DNA of 64,000 nucleotides from contig CAVTHK010000007.1 in NCBI GenBank assembly GCA_963734495.1, positions 320,001 to 384,000 of the forward strand. Reading direction: 5' to 3'. Position 1 is the stretch's first letter, and every line of letters starts with the position of its first letter. Positions 19,944 to 29,418 of this stretch are shown here, piece after piece. A program made the translations under genes and the position numbers. The notes under the pieces were generated by a model, which saw only the letters and a program-made list of their open reading frames with translations, was not told the origin of the DNA and did no database searches. This stretch comes from an uncultured Spirochaetota bacterium (GTDB lineage Bacteria > Spirochaetota > Spirochaetia > SZUA-6 > CAVTHK01).

Positions 19944-22784
19944 TCAATCGAACTCCCGCGGCCCCTTCCACATCAGCCCCTCCCCCTCGACCCGCCGGGG
20001 CCGGATCCGCGGCGCAATCGCCGCGGCGGCGAGAAAGGCCACCTCGAGCGCGCAGGCGACGGCGACCGCGGCGCCGCCGCCCGGGAGAAAGCCGTACGAG
20101 TGGAGACCGACGCGCATCAGGTTGACGCCGATCCACGAGAACATCACCGCGAGGGAGAGGGCTGCGGCGGCCCCCGCCGTGACGGCCGGGCGGAACAGCC
20201 GCGCGCGGGACGAGTGCAGGATCGCGGCGATCCAGAGGATCACGATCAAGGCGCCGTTTTCTTTGGGGTCCCAGTCCCAGAAGCGGCCCCAGGCGATGTC
20301 GGCCCAGGCCGCGCCCGCGAAGGTCCCGGCGACGGTCAGCAGCAGGGCCGGGCCGAGGGCCGCCCGGAGCGCGGCGTGCAGGCGATCCAGCCCCGCGACG
20401 TCGTCGGGGCGCAGCCAGCGGCGGGCGAGCCACGCGTGACCCAGCGCGGCCGCGGCGAGCGACGCCGCGTACCCGAGGCTCATCAGCCCGGCGTGAGCCG
20501 CCAGCCAGAGGTTCGTGTCCAGGGCAGCGGGGAGCACGGCGAACTCGTCGCCGGAGGCGGCGAGCACCCGGCCGACCACGGCCAGCAGCAGGGCCGCACC
20601 GCACCCTACCGCCAGCGCCGCGCGGCGCCGGCGAGCGACGTACGCGGCGAGCCCCGCCAGCGACAGCGCCCACGCGGCGAGCACGAACGTCTGCGCCAGC
20701 GTCGCGGCCGGCACCCTCGCGGTGATGAGGACCTGCAGCACCAGCCCCACGGAGAATGCGAGCAGGCCGAGCGCCAGCGCCGAGAGCGAGATCAGCTTCG
20801 CGCGCCTTTGCCGGTCGCCGGCCGCGAGGAGGAGCAGCCCGAGGCAATGCATGACGATCCCGACCGCGAACGGCCGCAGCCTGTCGTACAGCAGCTCCAG
20901 CCTCACGGCGCGCAGGCGGTCGGCCCCGCCGGCCGCTCGGGTGACCGACGCGTCCAGCTCGGAGAGCGCTCCCCTCATCGCGCGCCAGTCCCCGGCCGCG
21001 TAGGCGTCGGCGGCCCGCCCGAGCGCCGCGGACGCGCCCGAGTCGTCCGCGCCCGACGCGAGCGCCGCCACCGGGTTCGTCCAGCCCGCGGGGAGCGGGA
21101 TGATCGCCGGCACGACGGCACTGTAGTCGTCGGCCCAGCGCGCGAGCGCGTTGCGGAGCCTGCGCGCCGCGGCTGCGTCGACGCGCTCGTCCCACGGGCC
21201 GGCGAGCCGGTCGCTCACAGCCGCGACCTCGCGCAGGGAATGGCGTCCCGGCGAGAGGCCCAGGCGGGCGGAAACCGGGCCCGCGGGCACCGTAAAATCC
21301 GCATGCGGCCGCAGGTAGTCCGCCGACGCCACCAGGCGCGTGAACAGCGCCATGCGGCTCATCAGCGAGAGGATCTCCTCGTCCGCGGGCTGCGGGTCCT
21401 TGCGCGAGGAAAGCCTGCCGGCGAGCTCCTGCAGCCGCGCCTCGGCCGGCTCGAGCTGGTCGAAGCTCACGCGGCCCGCCGACACGCCGTCGAGGCGCAG
21501 CCTGCCGGGCGTCTCGCGCCGGCGCACCGCGAACACAGGGTCGGCCAGGGCCGTGTCGGGGGCAAAGAGCACCCGCGCCATCCAGGAGAGCGCCGACTCC
21601 CCCTTGAGTCCCGCCGAACCGGAAAGCTCGCGCAGGGTGAGCCTCGCGTAGGTTTCCAGGGGCATCAGCCGCCCGTCGGAGAGAACGGCGACGCGCCCGA
21701 GCGCGTCGAGCGGGGGAAGCCCCCTCGCTCCGGCGGGCCCAGGCGCGAGAAGCGAGAGCGCAAGCAGGGCGGCCAGGGGAGTCAGGCGCAGCCCGAGGTG
21801 CAGAGCCAACCCGAGCACGGTGAGGCCGAAGGCCGCATAAAGCGGTACGGGGCTGCGGCTCACGCCGAGGACGAGCACCCGCTTGCCCGCCTCATCGGTC
21901 CGCACTGAGCTCACGTAGACATTCAAGCCGGCCCGGCGCAAAGGCCGGTTCATGCCGAGCAGGGCCTCGGCGGACGACCCCGCGCCCTCGACCATGACCC
22001 TCGCGGCGACCGCCTGCAGCGTCTCGGTCTGCGGGTAGTAGGAGATCTGCAGGTCCTTGAGCGTCATCGCGAACGGCAGCCGCTCCTCGCGCCTGGCGAG
22101 CTTCGCCGTGAGCGAGGGGGCCGCGCCCGTCACGGCGGCCGTCCGCCCCGCCCAGACCACGGTCGGCGCCGTCCGCCCGCCCGAAGACGGCCGGAGGATC
22201 ACACCGGGTCGGTTCTCCGCCGGGTCCGCTTCGGGCCGCAGCGGCGCGAGGCTCGTGAGCGCGTCGCCCGAGGGCCCCACGAGGGGACGGCTGTTTGCCA
22301 GGTGCTGCTCCACGACCACCGAGGGCTCCCCCGGGACGTTCGATCCATCCCGGAGACGCTCGAAGGGCACGGCTATGCCTGCCGGGTCCAGGACCAGGTC
22401 CCAGGCGCCCGGGTCCAGCGAGGTCTCCACCCTCGCGCCCTCGCGCAGCGCGACGAACGAAAGGTCCGACGAAGCGGGCGCGGCGGCGGCCGCGCCGACC
22501 AGCACGACGACCGCGGCCACGAGCCCGGCGTGCACCAGCCCCAAGCCAAGCTGCCGGGGCCGCGGGCGCCGACGACGCAGGAAGGCAAAGAGCAGGTTCA
22601 CCCCGGCCGCAGTCGCGAGGAGCCTGAGCCCGGGCACGGGCAGGGGCCCGACCATCGTCCCCCAGGAGTCGAAGAACCGCCTGTGCACGGCCGCGACCCC
22701 ATGCGCGGGCGCGGCGAGCGTGCCCGTGAACAGGACGAGGATCGCGAGGAGGAGCAGCGCGGTCGTCACCCTGAGCGATCCCAT
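19944..22784 (-). CDS. ccsA: Fused cytochrome c biogenesis protein, System II (CcsBA / ResB-ResC)
   Basis: WWD motif WADIAWGRFWDWDPKE, LDTNLWLAAH, GLHSYG; ResB-like N-half (LVHAG, MNRPLR). Confidence 0.88.
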   Translation of the reverse strand: MGSLRVTTALLLLAILVLFTGTLAAPAHGVAAVHRRFFDSWGTMVGPLPVPGLRLLATAAGVNLLFAFLRRRRPRPRQLGLGLVHAGLVAAVVVLVGAAAAAPASSDLSFVALREGARVETSLDPGAWDLVLDPAGIAVPFERLRDGSNVPGEPSVVVEQHLANSRPLVGPSGDALTSLAPLRPEADPAENRPGVILRPSSGGRTAPTVVWAGRTAAVTGAAPSLTAKLARREERLPFAMTLKDLQISYYPQTETLQAVAARVMVEGAGSSAEALLGMNRPLRRAGLNVYVSSVRTDEAGKRVLVLGVSRSPVPLYAAFGLTVLGLALHLGLRLTPLAALLALSLLAPGPAGARGLPPLDALGRVAVLSDGRLMPLETYARLTLRELSGSAGLKGESALSWMARVLFAPDTALADPVFAVRRRETPGRLRLDGVSAGRVSFDQLEPAEARLQELAGRLSSRKDPQPADEEILSLMSRMALFTRLVASADYLRPHADFTVPAGPVSARLGLSPGRHSLREVAAVSDRLAGPWDERVDAAAARRLRNALARWADDYSAVVPAIIPLPAGWTNPVAALASGADDSGASAALGRAADAYAAGDWRAMRGALSELDASVTRAAGGADRLRAVRLELLYDRLRPFAVGIVMHCLGLLLLAAGDRQRRAKLISLSALALGLLAFSVGLVLQVLITARVPAATLAQTFVLAAWALSLAGLAAYVARRRRAALAVGCGAALLLAVVGRVLAASGDEFAVLPAALDTNLWLAAHAGLMSLGYAASLAAAALGHAWLARRWLRPDDVAGLDRLHAALRAALGPALLLTVAGTFAGAAWADIAWGRFWDWDPKENGALIVILWIAAILHSSRARLFRPAVTAGAAAALSLAVMFSWIGVNLMRVGLHSYGFLPGGGAAVAVACALEVAFLAAAAIAPRIRPRRVEGEGLMWKGPREFD

Positions 22785-22825
22785 GGTCCGCACAGGGTGG
22801 CGCAGGAGCAGCCCCAGGACCCCCC

Positions 22826-23779
22826 TCACGGCTCGAATTGCGTCCCGGTCCGGCCGGCGAGGGCGCGGCCGAGGTTTTCCGGGCTCGTGATGAATCCCCG
22901 GCCGCCGCGGTCCTCGAGGAACTCGATCATGGCGCGCACTTTGGGCCCCATGCTCCCCGCCAGGAAGTGCCCCGCAGCGAGGTACCGCCGAGCCTCCGCC
23001 GCGGTCACGCGGTCGAGCGGGCGCTGACGGCTCGTGTTGTACTCGAGGGCGACTTTCTCGACGGCCGTCGAGATCACGAACAGGTCCGCGCCGACCGCGC
23101 GCGCGAGCAGGCTCGACGCGAGGTCCTTGTCGATGACCGCTTCGACGCCTTCCAGGGACCCGTCGGCGCGGCGCACCACCGGGATGCCGCCGCCGCCGCA
23201 CGCGATCACCGTGAAGCCCTGCCTGAGGAGCGCAAGGATGGCGTCCAGCTCGACGATCTCGCGGGGCGCGGGGGACGGGACCACGCGGCGCCAGCCCCGG
23301 CCGGCATCCTCGCGCACGGTCCAACCCTGCTCGGCGGCTATCCGCCTCGCGCGCTCCTCGCTCATGTGCGAGCCGATCGGCTTGCTCGGGTCCGCGAACG
23401 CGGGATCGTCGGCGTCGACGAGGACCTCGGTGACGAGGGTGATCGCGCGGCCGCCGAGGCCGCGCCTCAGGAACTCGTTGTGGAAGGCCTTCTGGAACAT
23501 GTAGCCCGCCGCGCCCTGGACGTCGGCTCCCGCGTAGTCCATCGGGACGGGCGGCACCTCGCCCATGGCGAGCTCCGAGCGCCTCAGCGCGAAGCCCACC
23601 TGCGGCCCGTTGCCGTGGGTGAGGACGACACGCCAGCCTTCGACAATGAGATCGACGACGTGACGGATGGTCTCTCGGGCGGCTTCGTACTGGTCGGGGA
23701 TCGACTGACGCTGAGGGCCCTTGATCAGCGAGTTGCCGCCGACGGCCACGACGGCGATCCTACCCTCCCCGCCAGCCAC
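22826..23779 (-). CDS. arcC: Carbamate kinase
   Basis: AVGGNSL, THGNGPQVG, PSKPIG, WRRVVPSP, GGGGIPV, AVIDKD, GSMGPKV. Confidence 0.95.
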   Translation of the reverse strand: MAGGEGRIAVVAVGGNSLIKGPQRQSIPDQYEAARETIRHVVDLIVEGWRVVLTHGNGPQVGFALRRSELAMGEVPPVPMDYAGADVQGAAGYMFQKAFHNEFLRRGLGGRAITLVTEVLVDADDPAFADPSKPIGSHMSEERARRIAAEQGWTVREDAGRGWRRVVPSPAPREIVELDAILALLRQGFTVIACGGGGIPVVRRADGSLEGVEAVIDKDLASSLLARAVGADLFVISTAVEKVALEYNTSRQRPLDRVTAAEARRYLAAGHFLAGSMGPKVRAMIEFLEDRGGRGFITSPENLGRALAGRTGTQFEP

Positions 23780-23833
23780 GCGTCGCCTCCCTTCACCAAT
23801 AATAACACCGTGTCGGGGAGGCGGCCTCCCGGC

Positions 23834-24898
23834 TCAATCCCTGACGCGGGCCAGGGCGAGAGCGCGAAGGATCAAGGCGGGCAGCGGCCGTCCGGGATCG
23901 CGGCGGCGGAGGTCGAGGTACAGGCCCAGGCGCTTCGCGATCGGCACCTTGTGTGTCTCGACGAACTCGATGAGCGTGCCGTCGGGATCTTCGATGTAGG
24001 CAAAGTGGCCGGCCGCATCCCCCATCTCGAACGACGAGGAGCTGTCCACGGTGAAGGGGAACCCCGCGGCCGCGCAGCGTTCCCGCAGCTCCGCCATTCC
24101 GCGGATGTCGAAGCAGAGATGGATAAAGCCGAGGTCGCCCCAGTAACGGCCCTCGAAGAGCCGCCGGCCCGGCGCTTCGAGCGGCTGAATGAGCTCGAGA
24201 CGGCTCGAGCCGAACAGGCGGCTGAACGCGCCCCGGCGCGGGGCGGCGTGTCCGAGGAGCACGCGGCGGACCCGCCTGCGCCCGCCGGGGAGGCTCTCCA
24301 GGTCCGCGAACGTACCCTCGCGATCGTAGATCACCGTGTCATAGCCGACGATGTCGCGGTAGACCCGCAGGCTCGATTCCACGCTGCTCACCCCGAGGAC
24401 GCAGCCGCACGGTCCCCCGGTCGGGTGACGGCCTCCCGCGAACCAGTCGCGGCCCTCGACGACCTCGAAGAGCCTGCCCCAGGGGTCGCGCAGGTAGAAG
24501 TGGCGCGAGCCGGCCGGGTCGGGCACGACGTCGGTCAGAAGGTCGGCTCCCCTGCCCGCGAGAAAGGCGCGGGCGGCCGCCACGTCCCTCGCCTTGATGC
24601 GCGCCGCAAGAATGCCCAGGTCGCCGACGCCGGCTTGAGGCGCGAGCGGGCTCGGCTTGCGGCTGGTGTACTGCCAGATCTCGAAGCCGGAGCCGCCCTG
24701 CAGGTTCGCGGCGAGCACCGCGCGCCTCGACTGGACGACTCCGCCGGTGTAGCGGACCATGAACGGGGCTTCGCCGGCGTCATCGAACACCGGGACGTCG
24801 GTGCCGAAGCTGCGGCGGTACCAGCGGAAGGCCTCTTCGAGGTCCGCGACGCCGATGCCGATCTGCTGGATGCCGCTGACGAGGTACCCGGCGGCCAT
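23834..24898 (-). CDS. Two-domain VOC/glyoxalase family protein
   Basis: IQQIGIGVADL, FYLRDPWGRLFEV, FIHLCFD, YIEDPDGTLIEF. Confidence 0.85.
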   Translation of the reverse strand: MAAGYLVSGIQQIGIGVADLEEAFRWYRRSFGTDVPVFDDAGEAPFMVRYTGGVVQSRRAVLAANLQGGSGFEIWQYTSRKPSPLAPQAGVGDLGILAARIKARDVAAARAFLAGRGADLLTDVVPDPAGSRHFYLRDPWGRLFEVVEGRDWFAGGRHPTGGPCGCVLGVSSVESSLRVYRDIVGYDTVIYDREGTFADLESLPGGRRRVRRVLLGHAAPRRGAFSRLFGSSRLELIQPLEAPGRRLFEGRYWGDLGFIHLCFDIRGMAELRERCAAAGFPFTVDSSSSFEMGDAAGHFAYIEDPDGTLIEFVETHKVPIAKRLGLYLDLRRRDPGRPLPALILRALALARVRD

Positions 24899-25689
24899 CA
24901 GCGTTTGCGGGGGACCGCGCGGGTGTTGCCGGTCGTGATCCCGCCGTCGACCAGCACCATCTGGCCGTGCACGTAGCGCGACGCGTCGGATGCGAGAAAG
25001 ACCACCGTACCGTCGAGGTCATCCGGCTTGCCGGGCCTGCCGAGCGGGATCTTCTCCACGAGGTACGACACCCACTCCTGGTCTTCGTAGAGGACCTTGT
25101 TCTGCTCCGTGCGGAACCAGCCCGGCGCGAGGCAGTTGACGTTGATCCCGAAGGGCCCCCACTCCGATGCCAGGGCCTTGGTCATCTGCAGCACGCCCCC
25201 GCGGCTCGCGGAATACGGCACGATACCCGCGTAGCCGAAGACGCAGGTGACCGAGCCGATGTTGATGATCTTGCCGTACTTCCTCTCGATCATCCCGGGG
25301 GCGATCGCACGGGCCACGAAGAAGGCGCCCTTGAGGTTGGTGTCGACGACCGCGTCCCAGTCCTCCCAGGTCACGTCCACCGACGCCTTGCGGATGTTGC
25401 ACCCGGCGTTGTTCACGAGGACGTCAACCGCCGGGACGTCGCGCCTCAGCGCGCGGCCGAGCTCCTCGATGCTTTCCTTGACCCTTACGTCCAGCGAGTA
25501 CGCGCGCGCCTGCCGTCCGAGGGCCCTGAGCTCGGCGACGGTGGCGTCGCAGTCCGCGGCGGCGCGCGCAGTCACGACGACGTCGGCGCCGGCGCGCGCC
25601 AGGGCGAGCGCCATGTACCGGCCGAGGCCGCGGCTTCCTCCGGTGACGAGGGCGAGGCGGCCGGAGAGATCGAAGGGGTCAGGGGCCAC
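24898..25689 (-). CDS. SDR oxidoreductase, gluconate 5-dehydrogenase/KduD-like
   Basis: TGGSRGLG, NNAG, YSASR (YxxxR variant of YxxxK), APGWFRT. Confidence 0.88.
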   Translation of the reverse strand: MAPDPFDLSGRLALVTGGSRGLGRYMALALARAGADVVVTARAAADCDATVAELRALGRQARAYSLDVRVKESIEELGRALRRDVPAVDVLVNNAGCNIRKASVDVTWEDWDAVVDTNLKGAFFVARAIAPGMIERKYGKIINIGSVTCVFGYAGIVPYSASRGGVLQMTKALASEWGPFGINVNCLAPGWFRTEQNKVLYEDQEWVSYLVEKIPLGRPGKPDDLDGTVVFLASDASRYVHGQMVLVDGGITTGNTRAVPRKR

Positions 25690-25758
25690 GGGAATCTCCT
25701 TTCGGTGCAGCGGCGGGTACGCCGGGCCACAGCACGGCGGCGGGGCGCGCGCCCGCGA

Positions 25759-26790
25759 TCAGGGCTTGAGGATGACCTTGAAGAGCCGCTCCTTGCCTTC
25801 GTGCAGAAGATGGAACCAGTGCGGCGCCTCCTCGAGCGGAACGACCTTGCTGATGAGGCTCTGTACGTCCAGGCGGCCCGATGCGATCAGGGTGAGGCAG
25901 GCCGGGTACTCGCCCGCGGACGCCACCGTTCCGCGCACGTCGAGCTCCCGCTGCACCACGACCTGGAGCGGGAACTCGCCTTTCGGGGTGAGGTTCCCGA
26001 TCATCACGCACCGGCCCCCCTTGCGGACGCAGCGCACGGCCAGGTCGACGGTCGGCGCGAACCCCACCGCCTCGAGGCTCACGTCCGCGCCTTCGCCCGC
26101 GGTGAGCGCCCGGATCGCTTCGACGGCGTCGGTCTTTTTCGGGTTGATCGCGTGGTCGGCCCCCAGGCGGCGCGCCTCCTCGAGCTTGTAGTCGACGAGG
26201 TCCACCGCGATCACCTGGCCGGCGCCGGCCAGGCGCGCCGCCTGGATCGTCAGCAGGCCGATGATCCCGCAGCCGATGACGACGACGTTGTCGCCGAGGT
26301 GGATGCCCGCGCGCTCGACCGCGTGCACGGCGATCGATACCGGCTCCACCATCGCCGCCTTCTCGAACGCGAGCCCCTCGGGCAGCGGGACCACGATGTG
26401 CTCGGGAACGACGACAAAGTCGGCCATCGCCCCGTCCTGGCGATACTCGTCGCAGGAGACTCCGAGCACCTTGCGGTTCGAGCAGAGGTTGGGCTTGCCC
26501 GTGAGGCAGTAGCGGCAGCGGTTGCAGTAGATCGTCGAGTCGAACGTGATCCGGTCGCCCGGCTTGAAGCGGGTCACCGCGGCGCCGACGGCCTCCACGA
26601 CTCCCGCGGCCTCGTGGCCCATCACGATCGGCGGGATCCGCCGGCCGGTCTGTCCCGTCATGCCGTGGACATCGCTCCCGCAGATGCCGACCGAATCGAC
26701 GCGCACCAGGAGCTCATCGGCCCCGTGCTTCGGGACCGCGCGCTCCTCCATCTGGAACGTGAGGGGTTTCGTGTGGACCAGCGCTTTCAT
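25759..26790 (-). CDS. Zinc-dependent polyol/sugar-acid dehydrogenase
   Basis: GICGSDVH, GHE, CNRCRYC..C structural Zn site, GCGIIG. Confidence 0.9.
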   Translation of the reverse strand: MKALVHTKPLTFQMEERAVPKHGADELLVRVDSVGICGSDVHGMTGQTGRRIPPIVMGHEAAGVVEAVGAAVTRFKPGDRITFDSTIYCNRCRYCLTGKPNLCSNRKVLGVSCDEYRQDGAMADFVVVPEHIVVPLPEGLAFEKAAMVEPVSIAVHAVERAGIHLGDNVVVIGCGIIGLLTIQAARLAGAGQVIAVDLVDYKLEEARRLGADHAINPKKTDAVEAIRALTAGEGADVSLEAVGFAPTVDLAVRCVRKGGRCVMIGNLTPKGEFPLQVVVQRELDVRGTVASAGEYPACLTLIASGRLDVQSLISKVVPLEEAPHWFHLLHEGKERLFKVILKP

Positions 26791-26824
26791 CGCGGGGCAT
26801 TATGAGGCACGCGCCGCCCGCGGG

Positions 26825-28159
26825 TCAATCTTCGAGGATGATGATCTCGACGCGCCGGTTGAGCGCCATGCCCTCGGGCGTGTCGTTGGAGGCAACGGGT
26901 TCGGAGGCCCCGCGCCCTTCGTAGACAAAGCGCCCCGCCTCCAGCCCCGACGCCACGAAGAAGTCGACGACGGCCCTCGCGCGCTCGACCGACAGGGCCT
27001 TCTGACCGGCCTCGGTGCCGGCACGAGCCGTGTGTCCGATGACGCGGAAAGTGCGGCCCTGGATCTTCTTGAGCGCGCGCGCCACCGCCTCAAGGCGCGG
27101 CCTTTCCTCAGGCAGCACGACCGCCTGGTCGGCGACGAAGCGGATGTCGCTGATCTCGAGCTTCACCCCGGCTTCGGTCTCGCTGACCTTGACGCCGGGC
27201 GTGCCGCCCGGTTCGCTCGAAAGGCTGCCGGCCACTTCGCCCGCGCCGCCGCCGGTCTGTCGCTCGCCGCCTCCGGCACCCGGAGACCCGGGACCGGCGC
27301 CGGCGGGCGAGGCTCCGATCCGCGGCGCCGGACGCTCGCGCGCGAGCTCCGGCCCGAGCGCCTTCTTCACGTCCTCGGCGATGAGGCCGCGATCCATGGC
27401 GGCGATGCCTTCGTACCAGGTGAGCATGAAACCCTTGAAGCCCACCGACTTCCCGCCCTCGAGGGCGTACGTCTCGTCCACCATGGTCTCGACAAAGACC
27501 GGCCGGCGGGCGCCTTCATCATAATAAATCTTCGCGGAGTGGCTGCCGCTGATCGACCGTATGCGCGAGTCGCCGAGCGGATCGTCGCCGCCCTTGTAGC
27601 GCAGGGCGTAGCGCGCCGCGACCAGCTGCAGGTTCCGGCCGTTGCGCACGACCGGCCCCTGGTACTCATATCCGGCGTAGATGCGCACCCGCGTGTGCTT
27701 GCCGTCGCGGAACGGCTCCACGACCCGCGCACCGAACGCTTCCCAGCGATCGCGGGGGGCGAGGTCGCGGGTCGGAAAGACCGGGAAGCTGCGCAGGGCG
27801 GGATAGGCCTGGTCCGCGGGCACGTCGTAAGTGCCGTCCGCTCGGATGGAAAACCGCACGGGCACGACGTCGTCGATGCGCTTGGCGACGAGCCTCGAGT
27901 CCCGCCTGGTCTCCTCGAAGACGTAGAACGAGCCCTCGACGTCGGCTCCGCTCTCCGCGCCGCGGACGTCGAGCACGCCACGCACCTCGCGGTACGAGAG
28001 GCCGACGAACTTACCGTCCTCGTAGCGGCGGAGGTCGCTGCGCTCGGTGATCTTGAACTTGTCCCCCGCAGCGTACGCGACCTCGAAACGCACGCCGTCG
28101 GCGGTCATCGGCTGCGCGGCCAGGAGGAGGAAGGCAAGGAGCGCGGCGGCGGACGTCAA
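26825..28159 (-). CDS. Exported OmpA-family (peptidoglycan-binding C-domain) protein
   Basis: Signal-peptide-like N-terminus, GHTA..LSVERARAV..GRGASEP..NRRVEI; TTGA overlap with spt stop. Confidence 0.88.
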   Translation of the reverse strand: MTSAAALLAFLLLAAQPMTADGVRFEVAYAAGDKFKITERSDLRRYEDGKFVGLSYREVRGVLDVRGAESGADVEGSFYVFEETRRDSRLVAKRIDDVVPVRFSIRADGTYDVPADQAYPALRSFPVFPTRDLAPRDRWEAFGARVVEPFRDGKHTRVRIYAGYEYQGPVVRNGRNLQLVAARYALRYKGGDDPLGDSRIRSISGSHSAKIYYDEGARRPVFVETMVDETYALEGGKSVGFKGFMLTWYEGIAAMDRGLIAEDVKKALGPELARERPAPRIGASPAGAGPGSPGAGGGERQTGGGAGEVAGSLSSEPGGTPGVKVSETEAGVKLEISDIRFVADQAVVLPEERPRLEAVARALKKIQGRTFRVIGHTARAGTEAGQKALSVERARAVVDFFVASGLEAGRFVYEGRGASEPVASNDTPEGMALNRRVEIIILED

Positions 28160-29418
28160 CCCGGCGTGATCCCCAGCTTGCGCCCGGCTTCGCCCGCGAT
28201 CTCGAGGATCCGGTCGAGGTCCTGGTCGGTGTGCGTCGCCATGTACGACGTGCGGATCAGGCAGCGGTTCGGCGGCGTGGCGGGAGGCACGACCGGATTG
28301 GTGTACACCCCGCCATCCAGGAACGCGCGCCAGAGCGCAAAGGTCTTGTCCATGGGGCCGACGATCAGGGGGATGATGGGCGTCTCGGCGACGCCGATGT
28401 CGTAGCCGAGATCCTTGAACCCCTTGAGCATCTTGCGGCCGATCGCCTGAAGCCGCTGCACGTGGTGCGGCTCCCGCTCGATGATGTCGAGGCTGGCCAT
28501 CACGGAGGCGATGTTCGCCGGGGGCATGCTTGCGGTAAAGATGAGCGCCCGCGCGAAGTGCTTGATGTAGTCGACGATCATGGCGTCGCCCGCAACGAAC
28601 CCGCCGATGCTGGCGAAGGACTTGGAGAACGTGCACATCAGCAGGTCCGTGAGGCGCTTGTCGCCGTAGTGCTCCGTGGTGCCGCGGCCCGTCTTGCCGA
28701 TCGTGCCGATCGCGTGCGCCTCGTCGAGGTACACGGCGGCGCCGTGCTTTTCCGCCAGCGCCTTGAGCTCCGGCAGCTTGACGATGTCGCCCTCCATGCT
28801 GAAGACGCCGTCGGTCACGATCAGGATGGGCTCCCCCTGCGTGATGCCTTCGAGTTGCTGCTCCAGGTCCTCCATGTTGTTGTGCTTGTAGCGGTGCATC
28901 TTGACGTCCCGGTTCAGCCCCACGCTCAGGAGGATGCCGTCCACGATCGAGGCATGGTTGTACCGGTCGGTCATCACGTGCTCCTGCTTGCCGAGCAGGG
29001 CCTGGATGGAGCCGAGGTTGGTCTGGTAGCCCGTGGTAAAGCAGAGCGCCGCCTCGCGGCCGACGAACGCGGCGAGCCTGGCCTCGAGCTCCTCATGCAG
29101 CGTGAGGGTCCCGTTGATGAACCGCGATCCCGAGCAGCTCGTGCCGTGCTCGGCGATGGCCCGGCGCGCCGCCTCGATCACGCGCGGGTCGTGGGCCAGC
29201 CCGAGGTAGTTGTTCGACCCCGCCATGACCAGATCCCGGCCGCCCATGACCACGTGGCTGCCGTGGTTCTCCTGGATCGGGCGGAAGAACGGGTAGATGC
29301 CGGCTTCGCGCGCGTCGCGCGCGTCGGTGAAGTTGTAGCACTTCGCGAAGACGTAGGGCTGGCCGGCAGGCTTCCTGACGTGAGTCTTCTCGCGCACCGC
29401 TGTCTTCCTGGGCGTCAT
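28156..29418 (-). CDS. spt: Serine palmitoyltransferase-like PLP enzyme (alpha-oxoamine synthase family)
   Basis: YPFFR, GSNNYLGL, GTSCSGSRFINGTL, HASIVDG, DGVFSMEGD, DEAH, TFSKS, IFTAS. Confidence 0.78.
   Translation of the reverse strand: MTPRKTAVREKTHVRKPAGQPYVFAKCYNFTDARDAREAGIYPFFRPIQENHGSHVVMGGRDLVMAGSNNYLGLAHDPRVIEAARRAIAEHGTSCSGSRFINGTLTLHEELEARLAAFVGREAALCFTTGYQTNLGSIQALLGKQEHVMTDRYNHASIVDGILLSVGLNRDVKMHRYKHNNMEDLEQQLEGITQGEPILIVTDGVFSMEGDIVKLPELKALAEKHGAAVYLDEAHAIGTIGKTGRGTTEHYGDKRLTDLLMCTFSKSFASIGGFVAGDAMIVDYIKHFARALIFTASMPPANIASVMASLDIIEREPHHVQRLQAIGRKMLKGFKDLGYDIGVAETPIIPLIVGPMDKTFALWRAFLDGGVYTNPVVPPATPPNRCLIRTSYMATHTDQDLDRILEIAGEAGRKLGITPG

Noticed and set aside
19023-21908. 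Long alternative-frame and antisense ORFs (961 aa here; also 4395-6635, 11023-13194, 22838-24976)
   Set aside because: Shadows of real genes in GC-rich DNA; Arg/Ala/Pro-rich with no family motifs.
28156-29418. BioF or KBL annotation for the PLP enzyme
   Set aside because: Not favoured: TFSKS motif, KDSR-like partner and no bio or tdh genes in the operon; not fully excluded without phylogeny.
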